Shown: piece after piece, positions 49,628 to 62,774 of the stretch
How positions within the stretch are numbered: the first letter of the stretch is position 1
How the letters are laid out: each line of letters begins with the position of its first letter
Assembly: GCA_003971905.1 (NCBI GenBank)
Contig: RSEE01000021.1
Location: 124,001 to 188,000, forward strand
Length of the DNA: 64,000 nucleotides
Origin: Moniliella sp. 'wahieum'
Lineage: Eukaryota
Direction of reading: 5' to 3'
Notes under the pieces: generated by a model
Databases searched by the model: none
Told to the model about the DNA's origin: nothing
The model's input: the letters and a program-made list of their open reading frames with translations, nothing else
Translations under genes and position numbers: made by a program

Positions 49628-50991
49628 CCAGGGGCCTTGGCCCACCATCACCCACCGGCGCGCACGTGCAGCGTCGCCCTCCTTCCCAATCCATATTGAT
49701 ATTGAATCGCCACGCCCACCCCCCTCCGCACCCTTGGGCGGGCTACATCAGGAGACGACGTCAGAGGCCTCTGGGTGCTCAGTCAGCGCTCAGCGCCTGC
49801 CACCACGCATCCGCCGCACCCATGCCGAACCACCGCCCTCCCATTCATCCCTTCTCATGCCCGCCCCGCCCCCGCGCGGGATGGGTGTGGGGGACGCGTG
49901 TGAGAACGCTGAGCTTACTGAGGTACTCAGACTGAGTACTGAACGTTGAATGACGTTGCTGCCACGCCGCCCACCGCCGCTCTGACGTCGCAGCCTGAGG
50001 CCTGCCGTATCCGCCGCCTCAGCCCCCGCCTCCGCCCTCAGCTTGGCCGCCGAGGTGAGTGGGTCAGTGCGGACCTCAGCACTCTTCAGGCTGAGTCGGA
50101 GTTCCGTTGAGACTCAACACTCAATCTCCAGCGTTCGACGTCCAACGTTCGACGTCCATTGTGTTCACCCTCCTGATGGTCACAACGGCGAACGCACGGG
50201 TAGGACGTTCCAGGGCCACGGTGTCTCCACCTCCGCCTCCCGATCCCCCCGCCCGGCCGCCGCAGGGATCGAGGGTATCCGGCCTACGGATAAGTCCTCG
50301 ATGAGGGCCGCCGCTAGCTTGACGCCACAGGGAGCGGCACAACGCACAACGCAGGATCCATGCCGGTGCCCGAGGTGGCGGGTGTGCAGCAGCAGCTGTA
50401 GGACTGCTGCGGTGGAATGCAATTCACCCTTCTTTTCCTGCCTCGATCGGTATCTGCCGTCCCCACCCTCGAACCTAAGTCTACTAGTAGTACCGAGGGC
50501 CCGTTCCGTCACATGCTCCATCCCAGCCTCGGCGAGGATGAATACTACTAGAGAACTAGAGACCCTTGGTTGCTCTTTTGCTACCGCTTCCATAGTCGTT
50601 GTCCAAAGTCCAAATCCTGTTTCCTGACTGCTGTCAACTAGTCACTGCTTCCGCCCCTTTCGTCCTGCCACCTTCCCGTATGGCATACGGCTCGACAGGT
50701 ATGCAGTTATGGCCAGTAAGGTCATTCAACAGCTTCTACCTTGAAGCTTGAGCTTCGGTGTGCTTCGCACGCCGCCCTCGTCCTTCTATACCACGCATTC
50801 CACCCCCCTTTCCCACACGCCGAGGGGGGCAGCACAGTTGAAGACTAGACAATATAAAGCCACATTGGGCTCTACCGAGTTGACCCTAGGAACCCCACGC
50901 GCCAACGCATCCTCTCAGTTCCACTCCGCAACCAGCGAACCAACCAGCCAACCAGAGAGAAGAGGGCAATCCAAAACGCAGAGACAAAGAT

Positions 50992-53900
50992 CTATTCAGA
51001 GCAGGCCAACCGAGGCCGTCGGAGAGTTAGGAGGGACGGGGGGCAATCGTAAGATGGAATCAAGCGTGGTAATCGAACGCGGTGAGCACCTCGGCGTCTT
51101 TGGCGGTCAACTGGTCTGTGCGAGGACGCACGGTGGCCTTTTGGGTGCGTACGAGGCTGGTGGGCGAGGGCGGGCGCGGGGGCGGGTTCATAGCCTGTGC
51201 CTCGGCGAGGGAGACGGTCTGCGCCTGGTACGAGGAAAAGACCGGGGTGGTAGTTTGGCGCGCAATCGACGCCTTCATCAGCATCTTCATCCAACTCTGT
51301 ACCACCCCCGGGTTCTCCGAGCTGAAACTGTGCACCACCTTGGCGCCGGTTGTTGGGTCAGTGTGGATCACCTTCAGGCCATAGTAGCCCGCATGCACCG
51401 ATTCGTCCGACACGACGCGCGCGCCCTTGAGCGGGATGTAGGCTTTGATCTTGGTCGCCTCCGCGTCGCGCAGCACCACCAGATCCGCTCCTTTCACAGC
51501 CAAGTAGCGCGGTTTCCACACCGCATACCGCTCCCCGCGCTTCTTCATCCACCCTTCATAGTCGACCGGACGGATGCGCGCCATGACCTTGGCCGTGCCG
51601 TCGTGCGCGCCAGCCATCGACCTGCCGCCCCCCCCACGCCATTCGACACCCCCACCGGCTCAACCACGGGGGGCAACGGCGATCCAGCCTTGGTCGTCTC
51701 GCCTGCCGCCCCAGGCCCGCCCAAGCGTTTGGGAATCAAGCGAGCAAGCGCCTTGTCGCCCCGGAGGGAGCGACGGCCAAACAGGCTGGACGAAGGCTCG
51801 TCACGCGCAGTGGGCGACACGGGCACCAGCGGCACCAGCGGCACAGTCGGCACAGTCGGCACTGTCGGCACAGTCGGCGACGTAGGCAACGACCCCCAGA
51901 CGGCTGCGTGGGCACACTCGCGCCTGCTGCCGTCACGCCCAGGAGCAGCGCTGAGGTTGCGCTCGTGCTGCAGCGCAGCCTCCTGCGGCCTCGGCCTCTC
52001 TCCGCGCCCACGCGGGCAGGTTGGAGGGTAACTCGGTAGAGCGGGTGTGCTGGTGCCGGTGCCGCACGGCAGGCGCGGCCACGTCCGCCACTCCTGCCCC
52101 TGCCCCTGCCGCCGCCCCACTGAGAACACCCGGCTCGGAAGTGGATGTGACAGAAGCCTCGGTGGGGTGGGTAGAGCTCGACTCGGCAGCCACGGCCGAC
52201 GAGGGGGCCGAGACGTGGCCCACCGGACTGGCGGCGGACGAAGCGTAGGGATTGGACAGGTGCGTCGGCTCCACTGGCGTCGCGGTTTTCTCCGTAGGAG
52301 CAGAGGCAGGGACCGCAGCCGCGGCAGCGGGTCGAAACAGGAATAGGAGCCGACGTAGGAACAGAAGTGGGGGAGGAAACGGAGGCAGAGACGGGGGGAA
52401 GTAGAAAACGGAATAGGAGCAGGAGCAGAAGCGGGAGCGGGGACGGCAGCGGGGGCGGAACGGGAACGGATCTGGGAGCCGGACGGGAGCCGGAGCCATA
52501 ACCGGAACCGGAGCCGGAGCCGGAGCCGGAGCGGGGCGGGAGCGGGCGCAGAAGCCGGAACGGAAGCTGGAGCTACAGGTTCTTGATACGGTTGGGCAGC
52601 AGCTCGGTTTGGACGGTTTGGCCCAGGTTGGAGTTGCGCTGGTGGGCAAGGAGTTGAGGGAAGCGGGCGAGGCGGGCGAGGCGGCTGCGCGCTGCGCGTA
52701 GCCCAATGGGACAGCTTGGGTATGGGACTTGTTGCTCCCCAAGAGGGTTGGTGACCGGGGTGCACAGCGGGCGCAACGACCGAGTACGTGCCGAGCGGGG
52801 AGGCGATGGGCGCCGGGGAGGCCAGGTGGGAATACGCGTTGGTCGGCGCCGAGCCGTTGGAAGACGCAACGTGCCGCTCGACAGAGTGGATCGAGCTCGT
52901 TTGACGAGTATGGTGCGTTGGACTGCTGTTCCCCGTCGCGGTCCAGAGCGGAGCGGGCGTGGCAGGTGTCGCGGGCACATGGCTCCCGTCCAACTGCGAT
53001 CGGCCTCGGAAGGAGCACGACGCAGTTCCCCAATGGCCACAGCGATCTTGTGGCGGGCACCAAACGTCTTGATGTCAATCTCCTTGAGCATATTGATATC
53101 CATATCGAGCAGCACGTCGCCCGAAATCTGTTGCTCAGCAAATTTGGATACAATCGACCCTTCATCCCACCCTTTCGCACGAGCCCATTGGCACACCTGT
53201 GCCACCGACCAGTCCACCGGGTCGCCAGGGGGGATGGTTGCCACTGGCGAGTAAGCCATTCGGGCTGGGCCATGGGACACTGTCGATGCAAAGGAGTGCT
53301 CGGGTAGATCCCGTTCGTGCACCGATGACGCGACGGATGGGGTGCGCACCGAGGCTGAGCGCCGCGAGGAAGCCAGCGGAGGCGTGGTATGCGAAACAGG
53401 TGCCACTGCCACAGGAGGGGGTGGGACAGGACGAGATGCAGCCACCGGAGGCTGGACAAAGGAGGCGCTGGCTGGCGGAACAGACGGGGGGCTTGCTCTA
53501 CGTCCCGATGATACTGGTCCGCGAGAGGCTCAGGCTGTTGGGAAATAAGAGTCGAGCCCGAGGGAGGAAGCTGACGGGAAGCCGAAGGCTGCGGTGAGGT
53601 CTGCAGCTGGGACTGCTGCTGCTGTGCTGCTCCTGCGGCTGCCGACGCGACGGCGTCTGCGTCTGAGACGTCACCTGGGCGGAGGCGTGGTCACCGTCGC
53701 GAGCGTAGAGCTGGAGAAGAGAGGCGGAGTAGGGGGGGGATAGGCGGCAGCAGTCTGGGAAGGCGGTTGGACGACTTGGGGATGAGGTGTGGTAGCCTCA
53801 AAGCCATTCAAGCCGGAAAGGTAATTCTTGTCCTCGTCATCCGATTCGTCCGACAACTCCATCCCATCCAGAGCATCGACAGTCGCGCCGGGTCATCCAT

Positions 53901-54984
53901 GCTCGTGCTCACCCGCCCGCGCGACGCCCAGGTTTGTCTCTGAGCCTCCTCCTGCTGGTGACGCTGAAGAGCCTGCGCCGTCCGACGCTCGTCGTGCAAG
54001 CGTTGTTCCTCCTGGGCCGAACGAAGGTTGTGCTGTGCGTTGGCCGCCAACGCCGCCCGCGCCGCGGCAAACCCATTCGGGCCTGCGTATCCAACTTCGT
54101 GCTCGTCCTCCGTCCCCGACGCATCTCCAATCGTCGAGGCCGTCTCATGGTGCGAAAAGGGCGCGGGATGGGCAAGCGGGGAAGACACTGCGGCAGAAGG
54201 TTGACGACTCGAAATGTGATTAATCGCCGCATCAATGTCGTCCATCGTGCCGGACGCACCCATCTCGGCGACAGGATGGATGATGGCAGTGCCGGCTGCT
54301 GAGCCTGTTGGGCAGACGACGCGTCGGAAAAGGCGTTACCGGACGACGGCACCGAGGCGGCAGCCGGCGTAGGCTCAGGTTGCGGTTCCTGCACCGCGGC
54401 AAGGCTAGGGCCAGTAGGAACAGTGGCTTTTTCCGCCGCAAGAGACGGATCCGCACGCGTACCGGGCTGGATGGCCGCCGCACCTGGAGTCTCGGCAATC
54501 GGCTGCAACGAGGAATTACCCGAGTGGCCAGCGGACGACGTGGAAAGACGGAATCCACCGGGAGGGAGCCGGGCCTCTGACGAAGGCTCGGCGGCTGGCG
54601 CCGCGCTTTGAGGATGCGCCACCGAACCTGGCTCTTTGACTACCTCGGGGATGGTGGGCGGCGCGGGGGCCGACGGGGGGCGGGAGCCGGAACCGGGGCG
54701 GGGCCGGGGTGGTGGCAGAAGAAGCGGGAGCGGCTGCAGCTGCCGCAGCAGCAGCGGCTGCGGTTGATTCGACGGCAGCTTTGTTGACCAACGCAGCGTC
54801 CTTTTGGGGGTGGTGAAGGAGGCCGGGAGAGACCCGTCACGCCTTGGGGATTGGTGCCCTGCCACCAGCCGTCTTCGTACTCTTCGTCGCGTTCGAGCAC
54901 CACGATGGGATCGCCGGCGCGGAAGGCGACCTCGTCGGGGTTCTCGGGCTCAAAGTCGTGCAGCGCATACACCACAAGCGTCAT
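50992..54984 (-). CDS. Boi1/Boi2/Pob1-like SH3-SAM-PH polarity scaffold
   Basis: SH3 MTLVVYALHDFEPENPDEVAFRAGD..DGWWQG; SAM DWSVAQVCQWA..FAEQQISGDVLL..LKEIDIKTFGARHKI; PH YEGWMKKRGERYAVWKPRY..WMKMLMKA; tail TVSLAEAQAMNPPPRPPSP. Several frameshifts in low-complexity linkers. Confidence 0.92.
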
Positions 54985-56958
54985 GGTGGCGGGGGAGGGA
55001 GGGGGGGAAGGAGGTAGAAGGGAGCAGGCGAGCGTGTGAGAACGCGCCGTTGAAGCTTCTGCTGGCGCTCGGCCTGACCTGGCTGAGTGCTTGGAGGCAG
55101 AGCAGCTGAGCTGAGCACGGCTGACCCTGCGCACGCTCAGCGCTCAGGCGCTCAGGCCTCAGGAACGCAGTATCACGCTTCTCACCACATGCGTCATGCA
55201 CTCCGCATCAAATGCATGCGTGATGGCACCGGTGATTCCGAGCGTGTGTGCCCTGCTGCCCCCATCGGGTAGACAGCCAGCACGCACAGCGGCAGTGCTT
55301 ATAGTGCTCTGACGTCACACACCGTTGGCGATAGCGTGCGAACATTGAATGTCGAATGGGTGCAAGAGAAACTCGCATCAGCATTCCGGACTCAAAAGCA
55401 CTCAAGCCAATCAAGCCATGGAGACATGGTTGGTGCCAGTGGTGGCGCAGAGCAGCATCCGTCAAAAAGAGAGACGGGGAAACGGGAAGAGAGCACGGCA
55501 AGGTCAAGCGATTAACGCTCAATAGCGTTGCGAGGGTCGGTGAAGCAGTCGCGGACTGGCGACAAACTATAATTATACGCGATGAAGATCTGTGGCAGAG
55601 AGAAGCACCGGAGGGAATGAAAAGGCGAGAGGGGCCAGAGAGAGAAGCAGCGAGTTAGGTTAGCAGTCAGGGTGCAATTGAAGCAAAAAGGTGGAGGAAA
55701 TGAGACAGATAAGGGTGCCGTTGAGCCTCTCTGATGCGGAAAATCCTGGACAGGTTCCGACGGAGCCGAAGGGAGGGGTTAGACTTGTTGCCTGCTGTGC
55801 CTTTCTTGCATGAGGAAGCGTAATTCATGCATGGCACGGACCCGTAGATAAGTCGTCATGAGAGGGCTTCCTGAAGGTCGGACCAACCATTAGCCTTCAT
55901 TGATGAGCATAAAGGCGTACAGCACCTTCAAGGCGATGACGACAAGCAACGCCGAATTCGGCCACCTCGGGGGAGTCAGGATCGCCAAAACACCACGGGT
56001 CCGGCCCGTAAAAGACGGTACGAACACTGCTCAGCGCAGTGAGGGTGATCTGTTGACGCGCCTGCTGAATATGTCCCTTTTGGCAAGGGAAGCACGAAGC
56101 ACGGCGAGTTCTCCTCAGATTAGCGACAGCAATCGTCCTCGCTGAGAGCTTCACTTCAGATGAAAAGGACAGTGTTTTTCACGCTGCGCACGAGGTTTGG
56201 CCAAGGTTGAGGTCATATATAATGTCCTCAAGAAGTGGCTTTGGTTTCCCCAGCAGTCGTTCCGGCCATTGGGAAAGATGGTGAGAATTTCGAAGGAAGA
56301 GGGAGGATGAGTTCAAGTCAAAGAATTGGGAAAGGCGGAGGGCGTGAGGGCTCCTTATGCTGCGAGAGGCGTTGATGGTGTGGTAAAGGGTAGAGGGTGA
56401 GCGATGTGGCGTCAACTTCGGCGCGGGCAGCCTGAAGATTATGGTGGTGTCTAGCATGGGAGGGGGGGGGGGAGAGAAGATTGATGCGAATGGTTGTGGG
56501 GGGAGAGAGGACGCACGAAGCGAGGGCGCGTGAGGTGGCGTGTGGCGTGTGCGGGCACGGCGGGTGTCTGTCGGAGTTGGGCGTACGGCGCACGCGTGGG
56601 GATATTAATTGCGCAGGGACAGCCGGAGCAGGCGGGGGCAGGTGTTGGGAGCGTACCACCTGCAAGGGAGGCGCTGCTGCTGGCGCTACGGCCGCAACGA
56701 GCAGCCGGCGGTCGCAGCCGGCACAACCTGTAAGCTCCCGGTGCCTCGGCTGCGCCCTCCGCGCTCACACAGAACTGGTGTGGCGGCGCACGTAGGGTCT
56801 GCGCCGAGCAGCCTGATATTTCCGATGGGCGCCACTACTAACATACAGCATCATCCCACCCCTAGTATATATCCCCACCGGCGCCCTCCCCTCCCATAAG
56901 AGAGCGCAGCCTCGGCTGTGGCGGGTCGGCGTGTCCAGCACACGCATCGCTCGTCTGC

Positions 56959-58039
56959 ATGCCCATCCTCACCAAGGCCGCCCTCTCTGCGTCGGCAGGC
57001 CGCCCCGCCCACGCCTATGCCCAATATTCTACCCCACCGCCCGCCCCTCCGTCCCACTCCTTGCCCGCCCCCACCCGCCCCCAACCCTCCACCCTCGCCA
57101 GCCACAGCCCCCCTCTCGGCGTCCTCTCGCTCAACGGCTCCACCTCCAACCACGACGATGTGCCACCGCTGCCGCCACCGCCGCCCCTCGGCTGCGCTGT
57201 TTCCAGCCCGTCCCCTTCCTCCTCCCTCACGCCTCACACCACCCACAGCAACAGTCTTAACCCACCCTCTGCCTCCCATGATTCTTCCAAGTCCTTGCCG
57301 ACACCGCCCTACATATTCGATGCGCCGCCGAGCAACTCGATGGCCTCCCTGATCCAGCCCGCTCGTGCCTTTTCCGGCCCCACAGCATGTCTACGCCACC
57401 ACTGCTGACCCCGTCTCCCCCCGGTCCCGGCGCCTTAGGCTCCCGGGTGTCCCCCAACCCGATCGGCCTATCTCCCCAACATGCGCGCAGCCCCCACAGC
57501 GTCATGCTTGAATTCGTCGGCCGGGCCTGATACGCGGCCTGGTACGCAATTCCCTAATTGTGCATGAGCTCGAGGCCAGTTTCCCTTCTTACAATCATAT
57601 CGACGTTCGTCGCTGGGTTTGCAAGCCACTCAAAAGCCTTGGCCCTGGACGACATGTGCTACAAATCTCGGACCAACTTGGTAACCCGCTTGCCACGCTC
57701 ACCCGCGACATGCGACGGAAGAAATGGGAGTGTAGGCCGAGCGTTGGACCCGCAAGCCGAGAGCTGCTCGGTCTCCCCAACATCAGCAGTCCCTCCGTCT
57801 CCTCGGGCAGCAGCAACGCGTCCCTCACCTCGGTTGCCAAACCCAGTGTCCGATCTACTCCGTCCTCCGAACCAACCCACAACTCGGGCACGCTTCTGTT
57901 TTCGGCTCAGTTCCACCCGCCTCACCCTGGCCAACCGCCGCTCGTGCACCTTCCCACAAATTATGCAGGGAACAGAGAAAGGGCCGCATTAGCTCCCGCG
58001 GTGGACACGTTATTCATCGTTCCGAGCCAGAGAGTTTGA
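56959..58039 (+). CDS. Hypothetical protein (Pro/Ser-rich N-terminus, globular-looking C-terminus)
   Basis: TATATA at about 56866; ORFs 56959..57408 and 57560..58039 look coding and collinear, separated by probable frameshifts. No family recognised. Confidence 0.5.
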
Positions 58040-59121
58040 CCAAGTGGAACGTCACCACAACGTGGGGTCGGGTTTTGGTCAAAGTACACCGGCCCATTGG
58101 CGTCCGCACCCTGGCTAACGTACATGGTACCGTATACATCTTATGTAGTGTGTGATAAGCGTGTAGGATGCGAGAGCGACGCCACCATTCCTGTTTGCTA
58201 GTCGCGCCTTTCGTCGATACCTTTTTGGCTTCCATGCTGGCCATTGCGGGCCTGGAGGAAGCAGTATTGGAACAGCCACCATCTGCCTACTAGTCTCTCT
58301 GTCTGCTTTGTTTGCTTTTGTTCTTCTTTCCTCGTTCGCCTGACAGCAAACAAGTTGCCATCACACCCCATCTCACGGATCGAATCTCCCTCTCGTTCTC
58401 CATACCCCCTTTACCGTCTCTGATCCCCCTCTACTCTCAGTTAGTGACGAACGAAGTGCATGTACAATAGCGTGGAAACACGCATTTCGGATGACGACAC
58501 GGTTTGAATTGGTTGTTTGTAGAGCGATGCTGTAGAAGGAAAACGGCTCAACAGGACACGGATCAAGCTGTTAAAAACGGGATCAAGTAGTAGCGCGCGT
58601 TAATTGGGCCAAATTGGGTCGAGCCGGATGGAACAAAGGAAATGCAACTAATGGATCCATCGCGATCCACAGGAAAACGGATGGCATGACCGACGCCACC
58701 CCGGGCCAATCATCTTCTCCAGGCTCGCCACCTCACTTGAGCTGGAGAACCAAACCAAGGGGTGACACGAATGCAGAGCACGTACGTAGGGCCAAAGGTC
58801 GTAAAAGTCGTAATCGCCGTGACGTGAAGAAGCGGTCGTATAATAATAGTTGTCGTGTTGGTTGGGTATATACGAAAAAGAGGGTCGGACACACGCAGTC
58901 GCACGTGGAGATAAACCATCCAACGGCACAAGGCGAAGAGCCAGGAAAAAAAAAAGCAAAAGCAGAACAGAACAGAACAGAATGGTGTAAGCGGTAGGCA
59001 AGACCAAACCACTAAGCCAAAACAAGGCAACCCGCCGCCGTTGAAAGTGTGCACGTGTGAGGAAGAAAGGAAGGAAAAGGAGGGAGAGGGAGAAGGGAAG
59101 GGAAGGAGATGGCAACTGCTT

Positions 59122-59508
59122 CTACCTCAAGCAATGTGCATGCATGCCTTGAGGCTTTGAGAGGAAGAGGGGCCTACCTTTTCGATTTCCTTCTTGTGAG
59201 CCTCGATTTTCTCTTGTCTGTTGAACGCCACAGTCAGAGAACTGCTCAGCAAGGAGGGAAGAAGGGAAGAAGGGAAGAAGGGAAGAAGGAAGAAGGGAGG
59301 GAGAGATGATGATACGCACACTTCTTGAGCTTCTCCCCTCCTGAGATTGGACATAAAACGTTTCCTCTCCCTGTTCGCGGTTCTTGAACGAAGTGGACGA
59401 CGCGGTGGCCCCAGCCGACGGCGACGTGGTCGGGCCCGAGACAAAGCGCACGTGAGCCAAACGCGGGGCGGCAGAGAGAAGCGAGCGTCGAGCGGGTGCA
59501 GCGAGCAT
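59122..59508 (-). CDS. Mitochondrial F1Fo-ATPase inhibitor (IF1/Inh1/Stf1 family); last exon not resolved
   Basis: Presequence MLAAPARRSLLSAAPRLAHVRF; GATASSTSFKNREQ.EETFYVQSQE..KLKK | ..EKIEAHKKEIEK | GTAGGC donor. Confidence 0.8.
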   Translation of the reverse strand: MLAAPARRSLLSAAPRLAHVRFVSGPTTSPSAGATASSTSFKNREQGEETFYVQSQEGRSSRSVRIIISPSLLPSSLLPFFPSSLLAEQFSDCGVQQTRENRGSQEGNRKGRPLFLSKPQGMHAHCLR

Positions 59509-60147
59509 GGCGTACAGCAAGGTAGAGGTGGTAGTTGGCGAGAGGACGATCAGAGGGTGGTGGGGGGACGGGAGCTTGGTGATGGGAGGAAACAGCGGCG
59601 GCAACAGGCAGGGGTGGGGGTGGGGGTCAAGACACGGTGAGTGACTCAAGATTCAGGGGATGAATCGCAATATAGGAGACTGACTGCACGTGCACGGCCC
59701 ACCCCACTTTTTGCACTGCCGCGTGCCGCCAGCTTCACGCTTCACGCGTCAAGCCGCCCCCCCCCCACACGCCGCAGGTGGCAGCAGGGGGCAGCCACAT
59801 CCATGTTCAGAACCTTGCGGCCCATTGCGCCTGGTGGGATGGGAAAAACATATATAAGTGGTGTGTGTGGCCACATAACACAAGGCAGATGCATGTGCAA
59901 GTTTTCTGGCGGTGCCGCGGTGCTTTTGGTTCCGAGGTCACCCACTGGTCTGTAGCCCACCGCTCGGATTAGCATCGTGTCCCTGTTCCGTATAGTCAGT
60001 CCACCCTTTCCCCCGTCCCACGGAGAGGATTATTAAAAGGAGGTTCGGCATTAAGGTTTGAAAGGCTGCGGAGAGGTCTTGACATGCTTTCTCGTCGCCG
60101 GCGGTCACCTGACCTCTTGTAAATATGTGTGGCAGATTGGTATGTTC

Positions 60148-60180
60148 ATGAGAGATGAGAGATGAGAGATGAGATATGAG
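60148..60180. repeat. 7-bp tandem repeat (ATGAGAG)x~4.5
   Basis: ATGAGAGATGAGAGATGAGAGATGAGATATGAG. Confidence 0.9.
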
Positions 60181-60548
60181 ACCGCGAGTACTGATGTCGC
60201 CCTTGCAGTTTCGAGGGTGATGCAGTCGCACTATAGAGTGTTGGTGGTTGCGCCAAACTACAAACTACCCAACCACACTTCCAGAGGGACAACCAGCAGC
60301 CAGGCGTCAGCACGTATTCTGTACGCACCCCCCGATCGCCATTGAAAACAGACGTGACATACCCACGTGAGCACCTGTGCGTGCGGCCACACCTTGCCAT
60401 CCCTTCTACCTCATCGACACGAGCTTGGATACGATACGTCTACTGATGCACTATCCGACGAGAATGTAGACGTTGAAAATATAGGCATGCAAGAATACCA
60501 ACAGCGGCATGATGGGGTAGAACATCACAGCGCGGAAGACACAACAAA

Positions 60549-62774
60549 TCATGAATAGGACTTACAGGACCGTGCAGGGTGATCCGTAGTGCCCCCCAGG
60601 CAGACCTGGACTGTCCGTGGGCCACACGACTTAGTCACCGCAGCGAACTGGGAAGAAGAACGGAACTTAGCGCCGTCATGTAGAAGAAGAAGGGGATGGG
60701 GAGCATTCCAACGGCAATAAAGCCAAGCAAAGAGCCTGCCCACTGGTTCCGCATGTGATGGTACATGGTGCGACAAACAATGGCACGGCCGAGGCGCAAA
60801 GCGAACGGAGCAGCCGTCTTGGCCGCCAAGGCGAGGCCGCATAGCTCGGGTAAACACCACCAGGTAGTTGTTGGCGCTCAAGTAGACACTGACGAAAGCA
60901 AATCCCAGAGTCATACCACCGCCAATGCAAGGGCCAGTCCAGTGAACAAACGGCATGCTGGTCCAGGCCAAATGAAAGACCACAGGGAAGGAAGAATGAC
61001 CGCGCCAATCATCATTAGCGGTAACGATCCTCGGGGGTATTTCCCACTTGCGCCCCTTGGCCAAACGCTTGGCAGCACGGCGTTGTACATAGGCTCGTTC
61101 CATAAGATGACAAATGTCAGCGCCAACAGAATACCCAGACATGGCCATTGAAGGCGGTTCCCGTCAAGCCTTCACTGAAGTTGTGACCCTCAAGGAAAAT
61201 GATCGGGAAGGCAAAGAAGAGGAGGTAAAGCAGGGCTGTACACGAGAAAAAGTGTCAGTACCACCTTTTCAGGCAAAGACATGATGAAGCGGGTGATGGC
61301 GAACGAGCCGGCCATGGCACCAAGAGGCATAAGACTGGAAACCAAACTCCATTGGGACGCGCTTGGGGGTCGAGGGGAGCCGGGTTTCAGCGGGTCGTAG
61401 TGGGGATCTCAAGCATACAGTAGATAGGCAAAGTAAAGAGAGAGAGAGTGAGGATCGGTCCTTGACAAGCATCTCAAACGGACGGAAAAGGGGATAACCA
61501 TTGTCTTGGTGAAATGAGCTCGGTACGTTCCATCGCGAGTCTGGTATCGATCGTCACCAGTCTTTTTTACGCAACTTCCTGGCCCGGGCCTTAAGGATGG
61601 CCGAGCCAAGGGTTTTCAGGAACAATGGTCATGATAACAAGCATGATAAATGTGTAGGCAAAGAGAGTCCAATAAATCCAGCGCCAACCCTTGTAAATGG
61701 ATGTACCCGTGGCGATCCAGCCACCGATGAGAGGTCCCATGGCCGGCCCAAGGACACACTGGAAAAGATGGCCATGGGAATACCTTTTTCCTCGACCTTC
61801 CAGATATCCGACAGGGTACCACCCACATTCGTCATGGGTGCCGACGCGGCCAAGCCGGCAATCATGCGGCAAGCCAAAAGCGTAGCCAGATTTTGGGAAA
61901 TTGCGCATGGGAACGTGAAGACTGAGATCAGATATGAGTTATGTGACAGCGTCAGCAAGCAACCCCAGCGCGACCATACTGTTGGAATACGTACGCCTAG
62001 AGGATACCAGTAGCCAGGTAAACGGGGCGACGACCGATAAACTCAGAAAGGGGAGCGAAAAGCATGGGTCCAAACCCAAAGCCAGCAACGAAGAGAGTAA
62101 TAGAGAGGTTGGACGATACCCTGGCCACGTGCAAATTGGCAGCAGCACCCTCAAGGTCGCCAGTGGGCATGGAAGACCCAATGGCCATGCAAAAGCACAG
62201 TGCCGATGTGAAAGAAGTAATTGCCCTGTCAGAGATTGTGTCAGTGTTGGCCGCTGGGTAAAAAGGATGAGAGTAGGATGTGTACGGACCATTTTTTAGG
62301 GTGCCGGAAGTTACGAGGGTTGTCAGGATCATTCGGACCAAACTCGACCAGAAAAGGGTCCTGCTTCTCATCCTCAGCTGTACGAGAGACGGCTTGGAGA
62401 TCGTATTCATCAACCAGAGCACCCTCGGCGTCATTTACTTCCGGTTCTTCATTGGACAGAGCATCATCGTGCGAGTAAATCCTAGTGGCAGGTTCGGGCA
62501 AGTGCGATGTGTCACGCCTTGACACGCGCGAACCGATGGGAGCAGGAGTCATGCCAAAGTCATCGGGCGAGGTGAATGTGGGAGGCTCCAGAGCTCGGTT
62601 CTCAAAGGAATGGTCAGCCTGAGGACGAGACTCGCGCATTTCGTTTACTGGTGCATTTTCCGCCTTTTCGTTGACACGATGAGGGTCAGCAGCAGTAGTT
62701 GATTCAGAGGCGGAGGTAGCGCTGTTGTTGTCTGCCGTTTCAGCAGACCCAGTATTGCGGCCCACGGAGACCAT
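60549..62774 (-). CDS. MFS drug:H+ antiporter, DHA1 family (Tpo1/Flr1-like); several introns and frameshifts
   Basis: LVEFGPNDPDNPRNF..KKW; SITLFVAGFGFGPMLFAPLSEFIGRRPVY; CRMIAGLAASAPMTNVGGTLSDIW; GPAMGPLIGGW..WRWIYW; QWAGSLLGFIAV..PIPF. Confidence 0.93.

Noticed and set aside
47600..53459. Long alternative-frame and antisense ORFs (e.g. 47767..49203+, 50748..52031+)
   Set aside because: GC-rich shadow ORFs of the ArfGAP and Boi-like genes, with no independent motifs.
55860..56457. Minus-strand ORF fragments as a gene
   Set aside because: Short, stop-interrupted, no family recognised.
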